DNA of 64,000 bases from an uncultured Candidatus Saccharibacteria bacterium (GTDB taxonomy: Bacteria; Patescibacteriota; Saccharimonadia; Saccharimonadales; Saccharimonadaceae): the NCBI GenBank assembly GCA_964537815.1, contig CAZIDJ010000002.1:996-64995 (forward strand). Direction: 5' to 3'. Positions 37,225-46,011 of this stretch are shown here, one piece after another. The position numbers and the translations under genes were made by a program. Numbering within the stretch: position 1 is the stretch's first letter; every line of letters starts with the position of its first letter. Below the pieces are notes generated by a model that made no database searches, was not told the origin of the DNA, and saw nothing but the letters and a program-made list of their open reading frames with translations.

Positions 37225-37276
37225 CGCCAAGCTGAGTGCGCTACCATCAAACAATGGTAGCGCACTCAGCTTGGCG
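37225..37276 (+). terminator. perfect 23-bp-stem hairpin (6-nt loop) 9 nt after the helicase stop, with no U-tract
   Basis: CGCCAAGCTGAGTGCGCTACCAT caaaca ATGGTAGCGCACTCAGCTTGGCG; every pair checked by hand. Confidence 0.6.
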
Positions 37277-37312
37277 CTGTACGACCCCAGGTACATACGA
37301 TATAATAAAGCT

Positions 37313-38578
37313 ATGATAAAGCAGTCAAAACTGCGATTTCCGAGGAAGTTTTTGTGGGGAGCAGCAACTTCGGCGCACCAAGTTGAAGGAGGTAACCACA
37401 ACCAATGGTCGGTGTGGGAACTTGAGAATGCGAAATCTTTGGCGATGCAGGCGGGGTATACGCTCAACGAGCTAGAAATTTGGCCTGACATCAAACGGCT
37501 TGCCACAACTCCTGGCAACTACGTTTCGGGGCGCGCCGTTGATCACTACCGCTGCTACGAAGCTGACTTTGACCTACTAAAAAAAATGAATTTAACCGCA
37601 TTTCGATTTAGTATAGAGTGGTCGAGAATTGAGCCAGAAGAAGGGATGTGGGACAGTAAAGCAGTCCAGCACTATACGTCGTATATTGATGCACTGCGGG
37701 TTCGTGGGATTGAGCCCGTTATGACGCTGATTCATTTTACGCTTCCTGAATGGTTTGCAAAAAAAGGCGGGTTTGAAAAGCGTCGGAATATACGCTATGT
37801 GGTGCGTTACGCCGAATACGTGATGACGCAGCTTGGTAAAAATGTGCGATTTATTCTTACTATCAATGAACCGGAAATTTATGCCACCGAAAGTTACTTA
37901 CACGCCAAGTGGCCGCCACAAAAACAAAACAAAACGCTATTTTTTAAAGTTCTGCAAAACCAGATAGCTGCCCACAATCGGATTGCACGAATGATTCACG
38001 GTCTAGCGCGCGGGCACAAGGTCTCCATTGCTAAAAACTCAGCCTTTTACTATCCGGGTGATAGCGCCACAATGACAAAAGTTACCAGCGCAGGTCTGCA
38101 GACTATGCAAGATGACTATGTGCTCAAACAAGTGATAAAGACCTGTGATTTTATTGGTCTTAATTATTATTTTAGCAATCGAGTGTACGGCAACAGAGTT
38201 CACAATCCTGGCCTGAAACAGAGTGACATGGCGTGGGATATGCAGCCAGAGAATATTGAATTTGTGCTAGAACGACTGTGGCGTAAATATAAAAAGCCGA
38301 TTATCATCACCGAAAATGGCGTGGCTGATATGCACGATTCTGTAAGGAAATGGTGGCTTGCGCATACACTTGTTGTCATGAGCAACGCCATAAAAAACGG
38401 CGTGAAACTGCAGGGCTACCTACACTGGAGTTTGCTCGACAATTTTGAATGGGCAAACGGTCGTTGGCCAAGATTTGGATTGGTCGAAGTAAATTATAAA
38501 ACGATGGAACGGCAAATCAGACCGAGCGGCAAATGGTTTGGTACAATAGTGGGGAAGCTACGAAAGGAATCTTGGTAA
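37313..38578 (+). CDS. GH1 family beta-glucosidase
   Basis: FLWGAATSAHQVEGG, acid/base TINEP, nucleophile ITENG; ATG 37313 is preferred because the track start lies inside the hairpin. Confidence 0.9.
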   Translation: MIKQSKLRFPRKFLWGAATSAHQVEGGNHNQWSVWELENAKSLAMQAGYTLNELEIWPDIKRLATTPGNYVSGRAVDHYRCYEADFDLLKKMNLTAFRFSIEWSRIEPEEGMWDSKAVQHYTSYIDALRVRGIEPVMTLIHFTLPEWFAKKGGFEKRRNIRYVVRYAEYVMTQLGKNVRFILTINEPEIYATESYLHAKWPPQKQNKTLFFKVLQNQIAAHNRIARMIHGLARGHKVSIAKNSAFYYPGDSATMTKVTSAGLQTMQDDYVLKQVIKTCDFIGLNYYFSNRVYGNRVHNPGLKQSDMAWDMQPENIEFVLERLWRKYKKPIIITENGVADMHDSVRKWWLAHTLVVMSNAIKNGVKLQGYLHWSLLDNFEWANGRWPRFGLVEVNYKTMERQIRPSGKWFGTIVGKLRKESW

Positions 38579-39588
38579 TGACTCGACACACAAACATCGT
38601 CGTGATTGGTGGAGGCACGGGTACTCATGCCATGCTTGAAAGTTTGAAGCACTACAGTGATAATTTAACTGCGATTGTTGGCATGGTTGATGATGGTGGG
38701 AGTCAAGGCGTCTTGCGCAACGAGCTTGGTACCAGGCCACCGGCTGATGCCTGGAAATGTATGACGGCGCTCAGTGATTCGCCAAAACTTTCGGCACTTT
38801 TCAAGTATCGATTCGAAGAAGGTACGTTTAAGGGGCACTCAGTTGGTAATTTATTTTTGGCAGGCCTCGAAAAAATGGACGGAAACTTTGCAGACGCGCT
38901 GCAAACAGCCAGTGAAGTGCTCCGTGTCAACGGCCGGGTCTTACCAGCTACGCTCGATGATGTACGACTGATGATGCGCTGGAATGATGAGGACAAAGAG
39001 CTTCACGGTGAGGTGATTGTTGATGATGCGGTATTTGAACACGATCCGCGTAAAGCTGAGCTGCACATAGTGCCAGAAGCTATGGCAAATCAAGAAGCGC
39101 TTGATGCAATACGCGATGCCGACTTGGTAGTTATTGCACCGGGTGACATTTATACATCATTGGGGCCACTACTTGTCATACAAGGGTTTGGGGAAGCGCT
39201 AGCGCAAACAAAGGCACTCGTTACATACGTGTGCAATCTTGTCACGAAGCACGGCCACACCGATGGTTTTAGTGTGCTTGATCATGTGCAAGAAATTGAA
39301 CGATTTGCTGGGCAACGAGTGGTTGACATGGTGTTCTATAATACCCAGATGCCGCAATCGAGCCAGGTAATGGCCTATGAAGCGGAGGACGCGCATGTCG
39401 TTACGTATGACAGTGATGAACTGATTCGACATGGGTATAAGGTTGTGCCAGGCAATTATCTCGGTGTGCCGACCCAAAAAGAAACCGCGGATGTTTTACC
39501 AGTCACGCGGGGATTTATTCGTCACGACACCAAAAAAATTGGAAAGGAGCTGCTACACGCCTATGAGGCGTGGGGAAAGGGGGAATGA
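38578..39588 (+). CDS. yvcK: YvcK/CofD-like (UPF0052, gluconeogenesis factor) protein
   Basis: IVVIGGGTGTHAML, VGMVDDGGSQGVLR; TAATG overlap with the GH1 stop. Confidence 0.85.
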   Translation: MTRHTNIVVIGGGTGTHAMLESLKHYSDNLTAIVGMVDDGGSQGVLRNELGTRPPADAWKCMTALSDSPKLSALFKYRFEEGTFKGHSVGNLFLAGLEKMDGNFADALQTASEVLRVNGRVLPATLDDVRLMMRWNDEDKELHGEVIVDDAVFEHDPRKAELHIVPEAMANQEALDAIRDADLVVIAPGDIYTSLGPLLVIQGFGEALAQTKALVTYVCNLVTKHGHTDGFSVLDHVQEIERFAGQRVVDMVFYNTQMPQSSQVMAYEAEDAHVVTYDSDELIRHGYKVVPGNYLGVPTQKETADVLPVTRGFIRHDTKKIGKELLHAYEAWGKGE

Positions 39589-39592
39589 ATCG

Positions 39593-40366
39593 ATGACACC
39601 AATTGAACACGAACAGGCACCACACAGTCGCGTTGTCGCCCTGATCGACGTTGATCGGACACTGATTAAATCTGATTATGTTTTTGGAGTAGCTATGCAT
39701 GCAGCGAGACAACTTGGCTTAGACGAGGCGACTGAAGCAGAACTAACGAGGCGGGAGCAGGAAAACCAAGGTAATGCGTTTGACTATCTAGCTGAACTTA
39801 GTCGGTTGGCACCTAGTATCGATCATTCTAAAATAGTTGAACGAATTCTTGCTGACTACGAAGGGGTTAACGCCAGCGAACTGATGAGCAACGTTTTTGC
39901 ACCTGGTGCGTTTGATCTTCTTGACGTAGTACATGAGACGTCTACCCGAGGTATGTTGCTGACGGCAGGTGGTGTGGAGACGCAAACCATGAAACTGCAG
40001 CTCGTCGAAAAACTGCTCGAACATATGGGTATGAAAATGTTTCCGTGGGTGATAGTGGATGATTCGCAGCAAGAGAAAACTGCTTTGGCAGCAAGTGTGT
40101 ACGATGCTGACAGGCAAGAATTTGACTTTGTGGCTATGGCAAGACTTGGGAAGGCTTCAAGTGGTGTCGAGATGCCAGCGGCAACAGACGTTGAGTGGGT
40201 ATATGTATTTGATGATAAAACAAGTAACACAGCACCAACACATTGCGATGCGGTGGTTGGCGTGCTGGTTGATCGGGCTGAGCGACAACCAGATGGTGAA
40301 GAGCGAATTCCTCTAGATGACGCGGCTCTATTACTACGTGATCTGGTACTGCGTTCTGACGCATAG
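39593..40366 (+). CDS. HAD superfamily hydrolase-like protein
   Basis: DxDxT motif (LIDVDRTLI) at the N-terminus; ATG lies 5 nt after the yvcK stop. Confidence 0.55.
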   Translation: MTPIEHEQAPHSRVVALIDVDRTLIKSDYVFGVAMHAARQLGLDEATEAELTRREQENQGNAFDYLAELSRLAPSIDHSKIVERILADYEGVNASELMSNVFAPGAFDLLDVVHETSTRGMLLTAGGVETQTMKLQLVEKLLEHMGMKMFPWVIVDDSQQEKTALAASVYDADRQEFDFVAMARLGKASSGVEMPAATDVEWVYVFDDKTSNTAPTHCDAVVGVLVDRAERQPDGEERIPLDDAALLLRDLVLRSDA

Positions 40367-40409
40367 TGCCACGTGAACCCACAAAAGAAGGGTGTGGTAT
40401 CATGATGGC

Positions 40410-40637
40410 ATGAGCACAAAAAAGAAGACACCTGCTGCACCTAAAGCAATTAAGTCTGCTAATAAGTCAAGAAAAATTACCTCGCGCGCGGTGGTGTTTA
40501 CCACAGGTGCAGATGTGAAAACGGCACTTTTGATTGTTTCAGTGACAATCAACCTTTTTATACTTTGTTTGTGGGTGGCGCTGCAGGTTACATCATATTA
40601 CGATCAGGCTCTGGTAAACTTTTTCATTCATCGTTAA
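40410..40637 (+). CDS. hypothetical small membrane protein
   Basis: Basic N-terminus plus one TM helix; TGGTATCAT extended -10 lies 6 nt upstream of the ATG. Confidence 0.45.
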   Translation: MSTKKKTPAAPKAIKSANKSRKITSRAVVFTTGADVKTALLIVSVTINLFILCLWVALQVTSYYDQALVNFFIHR

Positions 40638-40652
40638 GCCTAGTGGTAATTG

Positions 40653-40691
40653 ATAAATAGTGGTGCGAGCTATGGCCGCACCACTATTTAT
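40653..40691 (+). terminator. intrinsic terminator hairpin (15-bp stem)
   Basis: ATAAATAGTGGTGCG agctatggc CGCACCACTATTTAT. Confidence 0.65.
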
Positions 40692-40754
40692 GTGGGGGTG
40701 ATAGTAAAACTGTGGAAAACTTGCACATTTATGTAAAAAATGTCAGAAAAGTAC

Positions 40755-40807
40755 TTGCATGTGGGTGAAAGTGGGTAGTATAGTAGGGGTAGTGGAAAAA
40801 AGTGGGT
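40755..40807 (+). promoter_or_regulatory. mraZ/dcw promoter overlapped by phased GTGGGT boxes (putative MraZ operator)
   Basis: TTGCAT 40755-40760, 18-nt spacer, TATAGT 40779-40784. GTGGGT at 40761, 40771 and 40802, with degenerate GTAGGG at 40783 and GTGGAA at 40792 (about 10-bp phasing). Confidence 0.6.
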
Positions 40808-40888
40808 AACCACCACCACGAAACAAACACCACTTAACAAATAACTATCAAAATTACACTCTTTCAAAAGAGGAACGCTACACGCGCA

Positions 40889-41257
40889 ATGGACTATTTC
40901 GAACGCAAGCTCGACGACAAACGCCGGTTAACTATACCGACGGAGCTTCGCAATGAATTTGCCAGCGGTGTTGTTGTTACCCGGGGCTTCGGGTCGTATC
41001 TTCACCTATACCCCCAGCTTGTCTGGGACAGGGAAGTCGAACCTGCACTTGGTGGCAGTATCCTCGATGAAACGGTTGCGGACCTGAACGTTCGCTTCCG
41101 ACGCGGTAAGATTGCAAGCGAACTCGACCAAAAGCAGGGCCGAGTGACCTTAGAGCAGCATTTGCTCGACTACGCAAACATCGATAAAGATGTGGTTGCA
41201 GTCCGTGCAGGTGTGTACTGGCGCATAGTGTCGCCAGCTGAGGCCGACACGCTATAG
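40889..41257 (+). CDS. mraZ: transcriptional regulator MraZ (short form, 122 aa)
   Basis: Two SpoVT/AbrB-like repeats with LDDKRRLTIPTELR and LDQKQGRVTLEQHL. Confidence 0.85.
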   Translation: MDYFERKLDDKRRLTIPTELRNEFASGVVVTRGFGSYLHLYPQLVWDREVEPALGGSILDETVADLNVRFRRGKIASELDQKQGRVTLEQHLLDYANIDKDVVAVRAGVYWRIVSPAEADTL

Positions 41258-41773
41258 ATAGTTATTGCTTGCTCGTTAACAACTTAAACACCTCGAGACC
41301 ACCTATCTGGTAGCATGCGTTCGTGGAATGGACAACACATAAAACAAGTCTAGTACCTTCCTTCAAACACAACCTCCCAAAAAACTCCACCTCACACAAC
41401 GAATTTTCTTTCTCTTAGGAAAATTCACCTATAAGTCTCTCAAAACCTGCTCGCAACTAGGAATATGAGTTATAACGTAACCCATCCACCACTGAGTAGG
41501 GAAGCTTATATACAAAAACAAACACATGCGAAAATAAACAGATTCATGCTGCCAGTTAGGTGATCTCGATTTTCGGCCATTGGCCGATGTGCCTGCTAGC
41601 CAGCGTAGCTGTCTACCCGCACATCTCTTTGGCTACTGCACGATTTTTATCTGTGTTGCTCGTGAACAGTACTGAAGTACAGCCCACTGCGCTACTCGAT
41701 AAGAAATCGCACAGTTGCCCAAAGCCAATTGACCGAAAACCCTTGCTATTTTGCATATACATAACGTGCTATA
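41258..41773 (+). other. unusually long (516-nt) non-coding spacer between mraZ and rsmH; C/A-rich and G-poor on the + strand
   Basis: No credible ORF on either strand; contains the AAACAAACACAT motif (41515-41526) and a CGGCCATTGGCCG palindrome. Confidence 0.5.
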
Positions 41774-42676
41774 GTGAGGGAGATGAGTAAAGAACATCCA
41801 CCACAACATCAACATGTTCCTGTTCTTCTAGAAAAAACGCTGGAGTATTTGGCACCAAAGGAAGGGGAAACCTACCTCGACCTCACCGCTGGGTACGCTG
41901 GCCACGCAAAGCTTGTGCTAGAACATACAAAAAACTACTCTGGTGCGACACTGGTTGACCGCGATAGCATGGCTATCGACGCACTTGAACCACTCGCAAA
42001 AAAAGGAGTAACACTTGTTCATGCCGACTTTGTAACTGCCGCCACTAGGTTGGTAGCAGCAGAAAAAACATACGATTTGATTCTTGTGGATTTAGGGGTG
42101 TCATCACCACAGCTAGACTATGGTCATCGAGGCTTTTCTTTTACCCATGATGGTCCGCTTGATATGCGGATGGATCAGGGAAGGGGGAGGACGGCAGCCG
42201 ATATTGTCAATCATGCTTCACGCACTGAGCTGGAGCAACTGATTATCAATTACGGCGAAGAACCACGTGGGTTTGCTCGGCGTATTGCCGAAGCAATTAT
42301 CTCACACCGGCCGTTTACCACCACAAAAGAATTAGCCGACATTATTCTAGCGACGCATCGTGGCAAGTGGCAAAAAACCCACCCTGCTACGCGTACCTTT
42401 CAAGCCCTACGAATTGCGACGAACGACGAGTTAACGCAAATCGAACAATTGCTACCGCTGTTGCCAGAGCTGTTACGCCCTGGTGGACGGGCTGCTGTTA
42501 TCAGCTTCCACAGCCTTGAGGATCGTCTTGTAAAGCGTTATTTCAAGGAACAGGCCGAAGCTGGCTACGAATCGCAGCTAACTATTCTCACCAAAAAAGC
42601 AATTGCTGGGGCAACTGACGACGTTCACAATCCGCGTTCGCGCAGCGCTAAGCTACGCGTCGCCGTGAAAAAATAA
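41774..42676 (+). CDS. rsmH: 16S rRNA (cytosine1402-N4)-methyltransferase
   Basis: HVPVLL, DLTAGYAGHA, VDLGVSSPQLD, SFHSLEDRLVK; start is GTG 41774 or ATG 41783. Confidence 0.95.
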   Translation: MREMSKEHPPQHQHVPVLLEKTLEYLAPKEGETYLDLTAGYAGHAKLVLEHTKNYSGATLVDRDSMAIDALEPLAKKGVTLVHADFVTAATRLVAAEKTYDLILVDLGVSSPQLDYGHRGFSFTHDGPLDMRMDQGRGRTAADIVNHASRTELEQLIINYGEEPRGFARRIAEAIISHRPFTTTKELADIILATHRGKWQKTHPATRTFQALRIATNDELTQIEQLLPLLPELLRPGGRAAVISFHSLEDRLVKRYFKEQAEAGYESQLTILTKKAIAGATDDVHNPRSRSAKLRVAVKK

Positions 42677-42784
42677 ACAAAAACAAAGGAAGGGGACTGC
42701 TATGCCAATCCACATCCCGGTCCAAAACCAGTCTGACGTAGTGACGCAAGTCGCTGTACGACTGAAATAACTCCCATGGATTTA

Positions 42785-42814
42785 CAAGCCTCGCCTTACA
42801 CCAGGCGAGGCTTG
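42785..42814 (+). other. 12-bp-stem hairpin inside the rsmH-ftsL spacer, with no U-tract
   Basis: CAAGCCTCGCCT tacacc AGGCGAGGCTTG. Confidence 0.5.
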
Positions 42815-42854
42815 CCAGGGTAGAAACAAACACATAAAAAACAAACACCACCTC

Positions 42855-43199
42855 ATGTCATATCAACGAACCACCACCTATAACCGCCGGCAAACAGCTA
42901 TGCGCCGCAACCAAAATACGGTTGCGTTTGCTTCAAGTATCAAACTCGGCCCCGTAACTCATACCGTGCTTGTCGCGCTTATGATTACCGTCCTTGGTTT
43001 GATATACTTAACGCAGGCTACCCGCACGACAAGCTACGACTACGAAGCGCAAAAAATCGATACGAAGATCGCAGAACTCACAAACGAAAAAACCGATTTA
43101 GAAGTTGAAAATGCTCGACTTACTGCACTTGAAACTGTCCGTAACAGTAGTGTCGCCAAAGCCATGCAACCCGCCAGCTCTACTGAGTTTGCGCAGTAG
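42855..43199 (+). CDS. ftsL: FtsL-like cell division protein
   Basis: Basic N-terminus, one TM helix and a coiled coil (KIAELTNEKTDLEVENARL); canonical position in the dcw cluster. Confidence 0.65.
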   Translation: MSYQRTTTYNRRQTAMRRNQNTVAFASSIKLGPVTHTVLVALMITVLGLIYLTQATRTTSYDYEAQKIDTKIAELTNEKTDLEVENARLTALETVRNSSVAKAMQPASSTEFAQ

Positions 43200-43229
43200 C
43201 TACTGCCGTAAGGTACCTAAGCAACGCGT

Positions 43230-44969
43230 ATGAATAGTACTTATTCTCATTCTCGAGTTCGCACGCTCCGTCTGTTTTTGTACGGAGTTATTGGCATTTT
43301 GGTCCTGCGTTTGTTCTACATACAAGTCATTGAACACGGTAAATACGCAGTGCTTGCTCGAAATGAGCAGGTAAAAAGCCTCACCATACCAGCAAAACGC
43401 GGTGAAATTTATGCGCTTGATCAGGGCAAGCCTGCGAAGATTGTGCTGAATGAAGCAGTATTTACTGTGTTTGTTGACCCAAAAGAGGTAAAAGAGCCTG
43501 AGGCAATTGTGTCTGAGCTGCGTGCCATAGCTGGTGGAAATTTGGTGCGTAATGTTGATACGTTGGTTCGCGCAAAACCGGCTCGTTATCACGTGGTAGC
43601 GCGCAATGTTTCGCGTAAACAAGCAGATCTGCTGCAGCAAAAACACCTAGCAGGACTTGGTTTTCAGGAAGTATCACGCCGGGTGTATCCAGAAGCGACC
43701 ATGGCTGCACAAACGCTCGGATTTGTTAATGCAGAGGGAAAGGGTCAGTATGGCGTCGAAGAATTTTTGGATGAAGAGCTTCGCGGTCGCGACGGTATGT
43801 TGAAGGCGGTGACTGACATCAGCAATGTACCACTGACGATTGGGAGAGATAACATCGATATTCCAGCGAAAAATGGCACGAATGTAGTACTGAGTGTTGA
43901 TCGGAACGTTCAAGCCTATGTAGAAACGGCGCTGGTAAAAGGGCTGGAGCGCAGCGGCGCGAAATATGGCAGCGTAATTGTGATGAATCCGCAGAACGGC
44001 CAGGTAATGGCAATGGCAAACATGCCCACGTATAACCCCGGTGAATATAACAAGGTTACCGACGCCGCTGCATTCAACAATGGAACAATTTCAACACCTT
44101 ACGAACCAGGCTCGGTTATGAAAACATTTACTGTGGCTACAGGGCTCGATAAAGGCGTTATTGAGCCGACGTCTACGTATGTAAATAATGACTCGATTCG
44201 CGTAGAAGACCGCACGATAGGCAATGACTCAAAGGGGCAAACGGGTACGATTACAATCCAGCATGCCCTCAATTGGTCGCTAAACACTGGGATGGTGACC
44301 GTAGCACAGCGGCTTGGTAATGGTTCGAGCATTACACCGACAGCTCGCCAGACTATGTACGATTACTTTCATAATCGATTCGGACTCGGGCAGCTGACGG
44401 GTATTCAGGTAGCGGGGGAAGCAAAGGGACAAGTGTATGCGCCAAATAGCCCACAGGGAAATGCGGTGCAGTATGCCACAATGTCATTTGGTCAAGGCAT
44501 GAATCTTACTATGGTTCAGGTGGCGAGTGGCTTTTCGTCTATCGTCAACGGTGGTCGTTACTACGCACCAACACTGATTGCTGGTGCAGTTGATGCTGAT
44601 GGTGCATTTACGGCAGCCCCAGATCCAAAACCACTGCGTCAAACAATATCGCCACAAGCCTCTGCAAAAGCAAAGCAGATGATCCATGATGCTAGAGCGG
44701 CATTCTACAATAAGAATGACAAGAAAGGCTACGACGTTGGTGGCAAGACGGGAACATCGCAGACGCTCATTAACGGATCGTATGAAAACAGTCAAACAGT
44801 GGGAAGCTATTTAGGGTACGGTGGTAGCAATACCACACCTCGATATGTCATAATGGTACAGGTATCAAGCCCAGGAAAAAATATGGAGGGGAATACCGAT
44901 GCTATGCCGATATTTACTGACATTTCTAACTGGATGATTGACTACTTAAAATTACAACCGCAAGGATAA
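43230..44969 (+). CDS. ftsI: class B penicillin-binding protein (FtsI/PBP3-type transpeptidase)
   Basis: SxxK (GSVMKTF), SxN (WSLNTG), KTG (GKTGTS); N-terminal TM helix and dimerisation domain. Confidence 0.9.
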   Translation: MNSTYSHSRVRTLRLFLYGVIGILVLRLFYIQVIEHGKYAVLARNEQVKSLTIPAKRGEIYALDQGKPAKIVLNEAVFTVFVDPKEVKEPEAIVSELRAIAGGNLVRNVDTLVRAKPARYHVVARNVSRKQADLLQQKHLAGLGFQEVSRRVYPEATMAAQTLGFVNAEGKGQYGVEEFLDEELRGRDGMLKAVTDISNVPLTIGRDNIDIPAKNGTNVVLSVDRNVQAYVETALVKGLERSGAKYGSVIVMNPQNGQVMAMANMPTYNPGEYNKVTDAAAFNNGTISTPYEPGSVMKTFTVATGLDKGVIEPTSTYVNNDSIRVEDRTIGNDSKGQTGTITIQHALNWSLNTGMVTVAQRLGNGSSITPTARQTMYDYFHNRFGLGQLTGIQVAGEAKGQVYAPNSPQGNAVQYATMSFGQGMNLTMVQVASGFSSIVNGGRYYAPTLIAGAVDADGAFTAAPDPKPLRQTISPQASAKAKQMIHDARAAFYNKNDKKGYDVGGKTGTSQTLINGSYENSQTVGSYLGYGGSNTTPRYVIMVQVSSPGKNMEGNTDAMPIFTDISNWMIDYLKLQPQG

Positions 44970-44970
44970 C

Positions 44971-46011
44971 ATGAAACACTATTTAGACCCCGCAACAATG
45001 CAAGAAGCGTATAGCACGATCGTTTTATTGGGAGTCGCATCATTTGTGCTTGCTATGGCACTTACGCCGGTATATACCTATGTGGCATATCGTTATCGCT
45101 TTTGGAAGCGACAGCGCACTACAAGTGTAACGGGTGAAAACCTGGAAGTTTTTACTAAGCTCCACGCCAACAAGTTTAAACGTTCCATCCCGACGATGGC
45201 TGGAGCAATTGCGGTATTCGCAATCACTAGTATTACACTGGCGTTCAATCTCGACCGTAGTCAGACGTGGCTGCCGCTTGCGGCGCTGGTAGGGGGTGGG
45301 GCAGTGGGCCTGCTCGATGACATTATTAATCTTCGTAGCAATGGACACGGCGTAGCAGGGCTACGATCGAGCTTTAAGTTTCTCATGATCATTGCTATTG
45401 GTAGTGTGCTTGGCTGGTTTTTCTACCAAAAACTTGGGTTCACCGCAGTGTATGTGCCATTTTACGGCTCAGTCGATATTGGCTGGTTTATTGTGCCGCT
45501 CTTTGCATTTGTCGTAACAGCAACCGGGAATGCTGTGAATATCAGTGATGGACTGGACGGACTTGCAGGTGGACTTGCGGCTGCAAGCTATGCAGCGTTT
45601 GGCGTGATAGCATTGCTGCAAGGCCAATTTTTGCTGGCTGGATTCTGCTTCACGGTTATTGGTGCGCTGCTTAGCTATCTTTGGTTTAACATCCATCCGG
45701 CGCGCTTTTTCATGGGTGATGTCGGGAGTTTTGCCTATGGGGTGAGCCTAGGTGTTGTAGCAATGCTGACAAATTCACTGTTGCTTCTGCCAATCATTGG
45801 CGCGCTTTTTGTGGTTGAAGCTGGTTCAAGTCTGCTGCAGATTGCGTCCAAGCGCTTGCTGGGTCGTAAAATCTTCATTTCAGCGCCGATTCACCACCAT
45901 CTCGAAGCGAAAGGCTGGCCTGAAACCAAAGTTACTATGCGGTTTTGGGTGATAGCAATGGTGTGCGCCTACGTGGGAGTACTCATTGCTGTGTCTGGAG
46001 GTCATATTTAA
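44971..46011 (+). CDS. mraY: phospho-N-acetylmuramoyl-pentapeptide transferase
   Basis: NAVNISDGLDGLA, FMGDVGS, HHHLE motifs; 10 TM helices. Confidence 0.95.
   Translation: MKHYLDPATMQEAYSTIVLLGVASFVLAMALTPVYTYVAYRYRFWKRQRTTSVTGENLEVFTKLHANKFKRSIPTMAGAIAVFAITSITLAFNLDRSQTWLPLAALVGGGAVGLLDDIINLRSNGHGVAGLRSSFKFLMIIAIGSVLGWFFYQKLGFTAVYVPFYGSVDIGWFIVPLFAFVVTATGNAVNISDGLDGLAGGLAAASYAAFGVIALLQGQFLLAGFCFTVIGALLSYLWFNIHPARFFMGDVGSFAYGVSLGVVAMLTNSLLLLPIIGALFVVEAGSSLLQIASKRLLGRKIFISAPIHHHLEAKGWPETKVTMRFWVIAMVCAYVGVLIAVSGGHI

Noticed and set aside
39856-40440. Long antisense ORFs: 39856..40440 (-), 21320..21871 (-), 43200..43646 (-), 18699..19025 (+), 50281..50727 (+), 52693..53118 (+), 58379..58946 (+), and many others in the track
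   Set aside because: Each lies entirely opposite a confidently identified gene (the HAD gene, xseA, ftsI, the methyltransferase, kup, the ATPase, topA). Each also has Ser/Arg/Ala-rich or low-complexity composition typical of shadow frames.
41560-41815. ORFs 41560..41790 (+) and 41633..41815 (-) inside the mraZ-rsmH spacer
   Set aside because: There are no translation signals. The ORFs overlap each other and the rsmH start, and their composition is unlike that of neighbouring genes.
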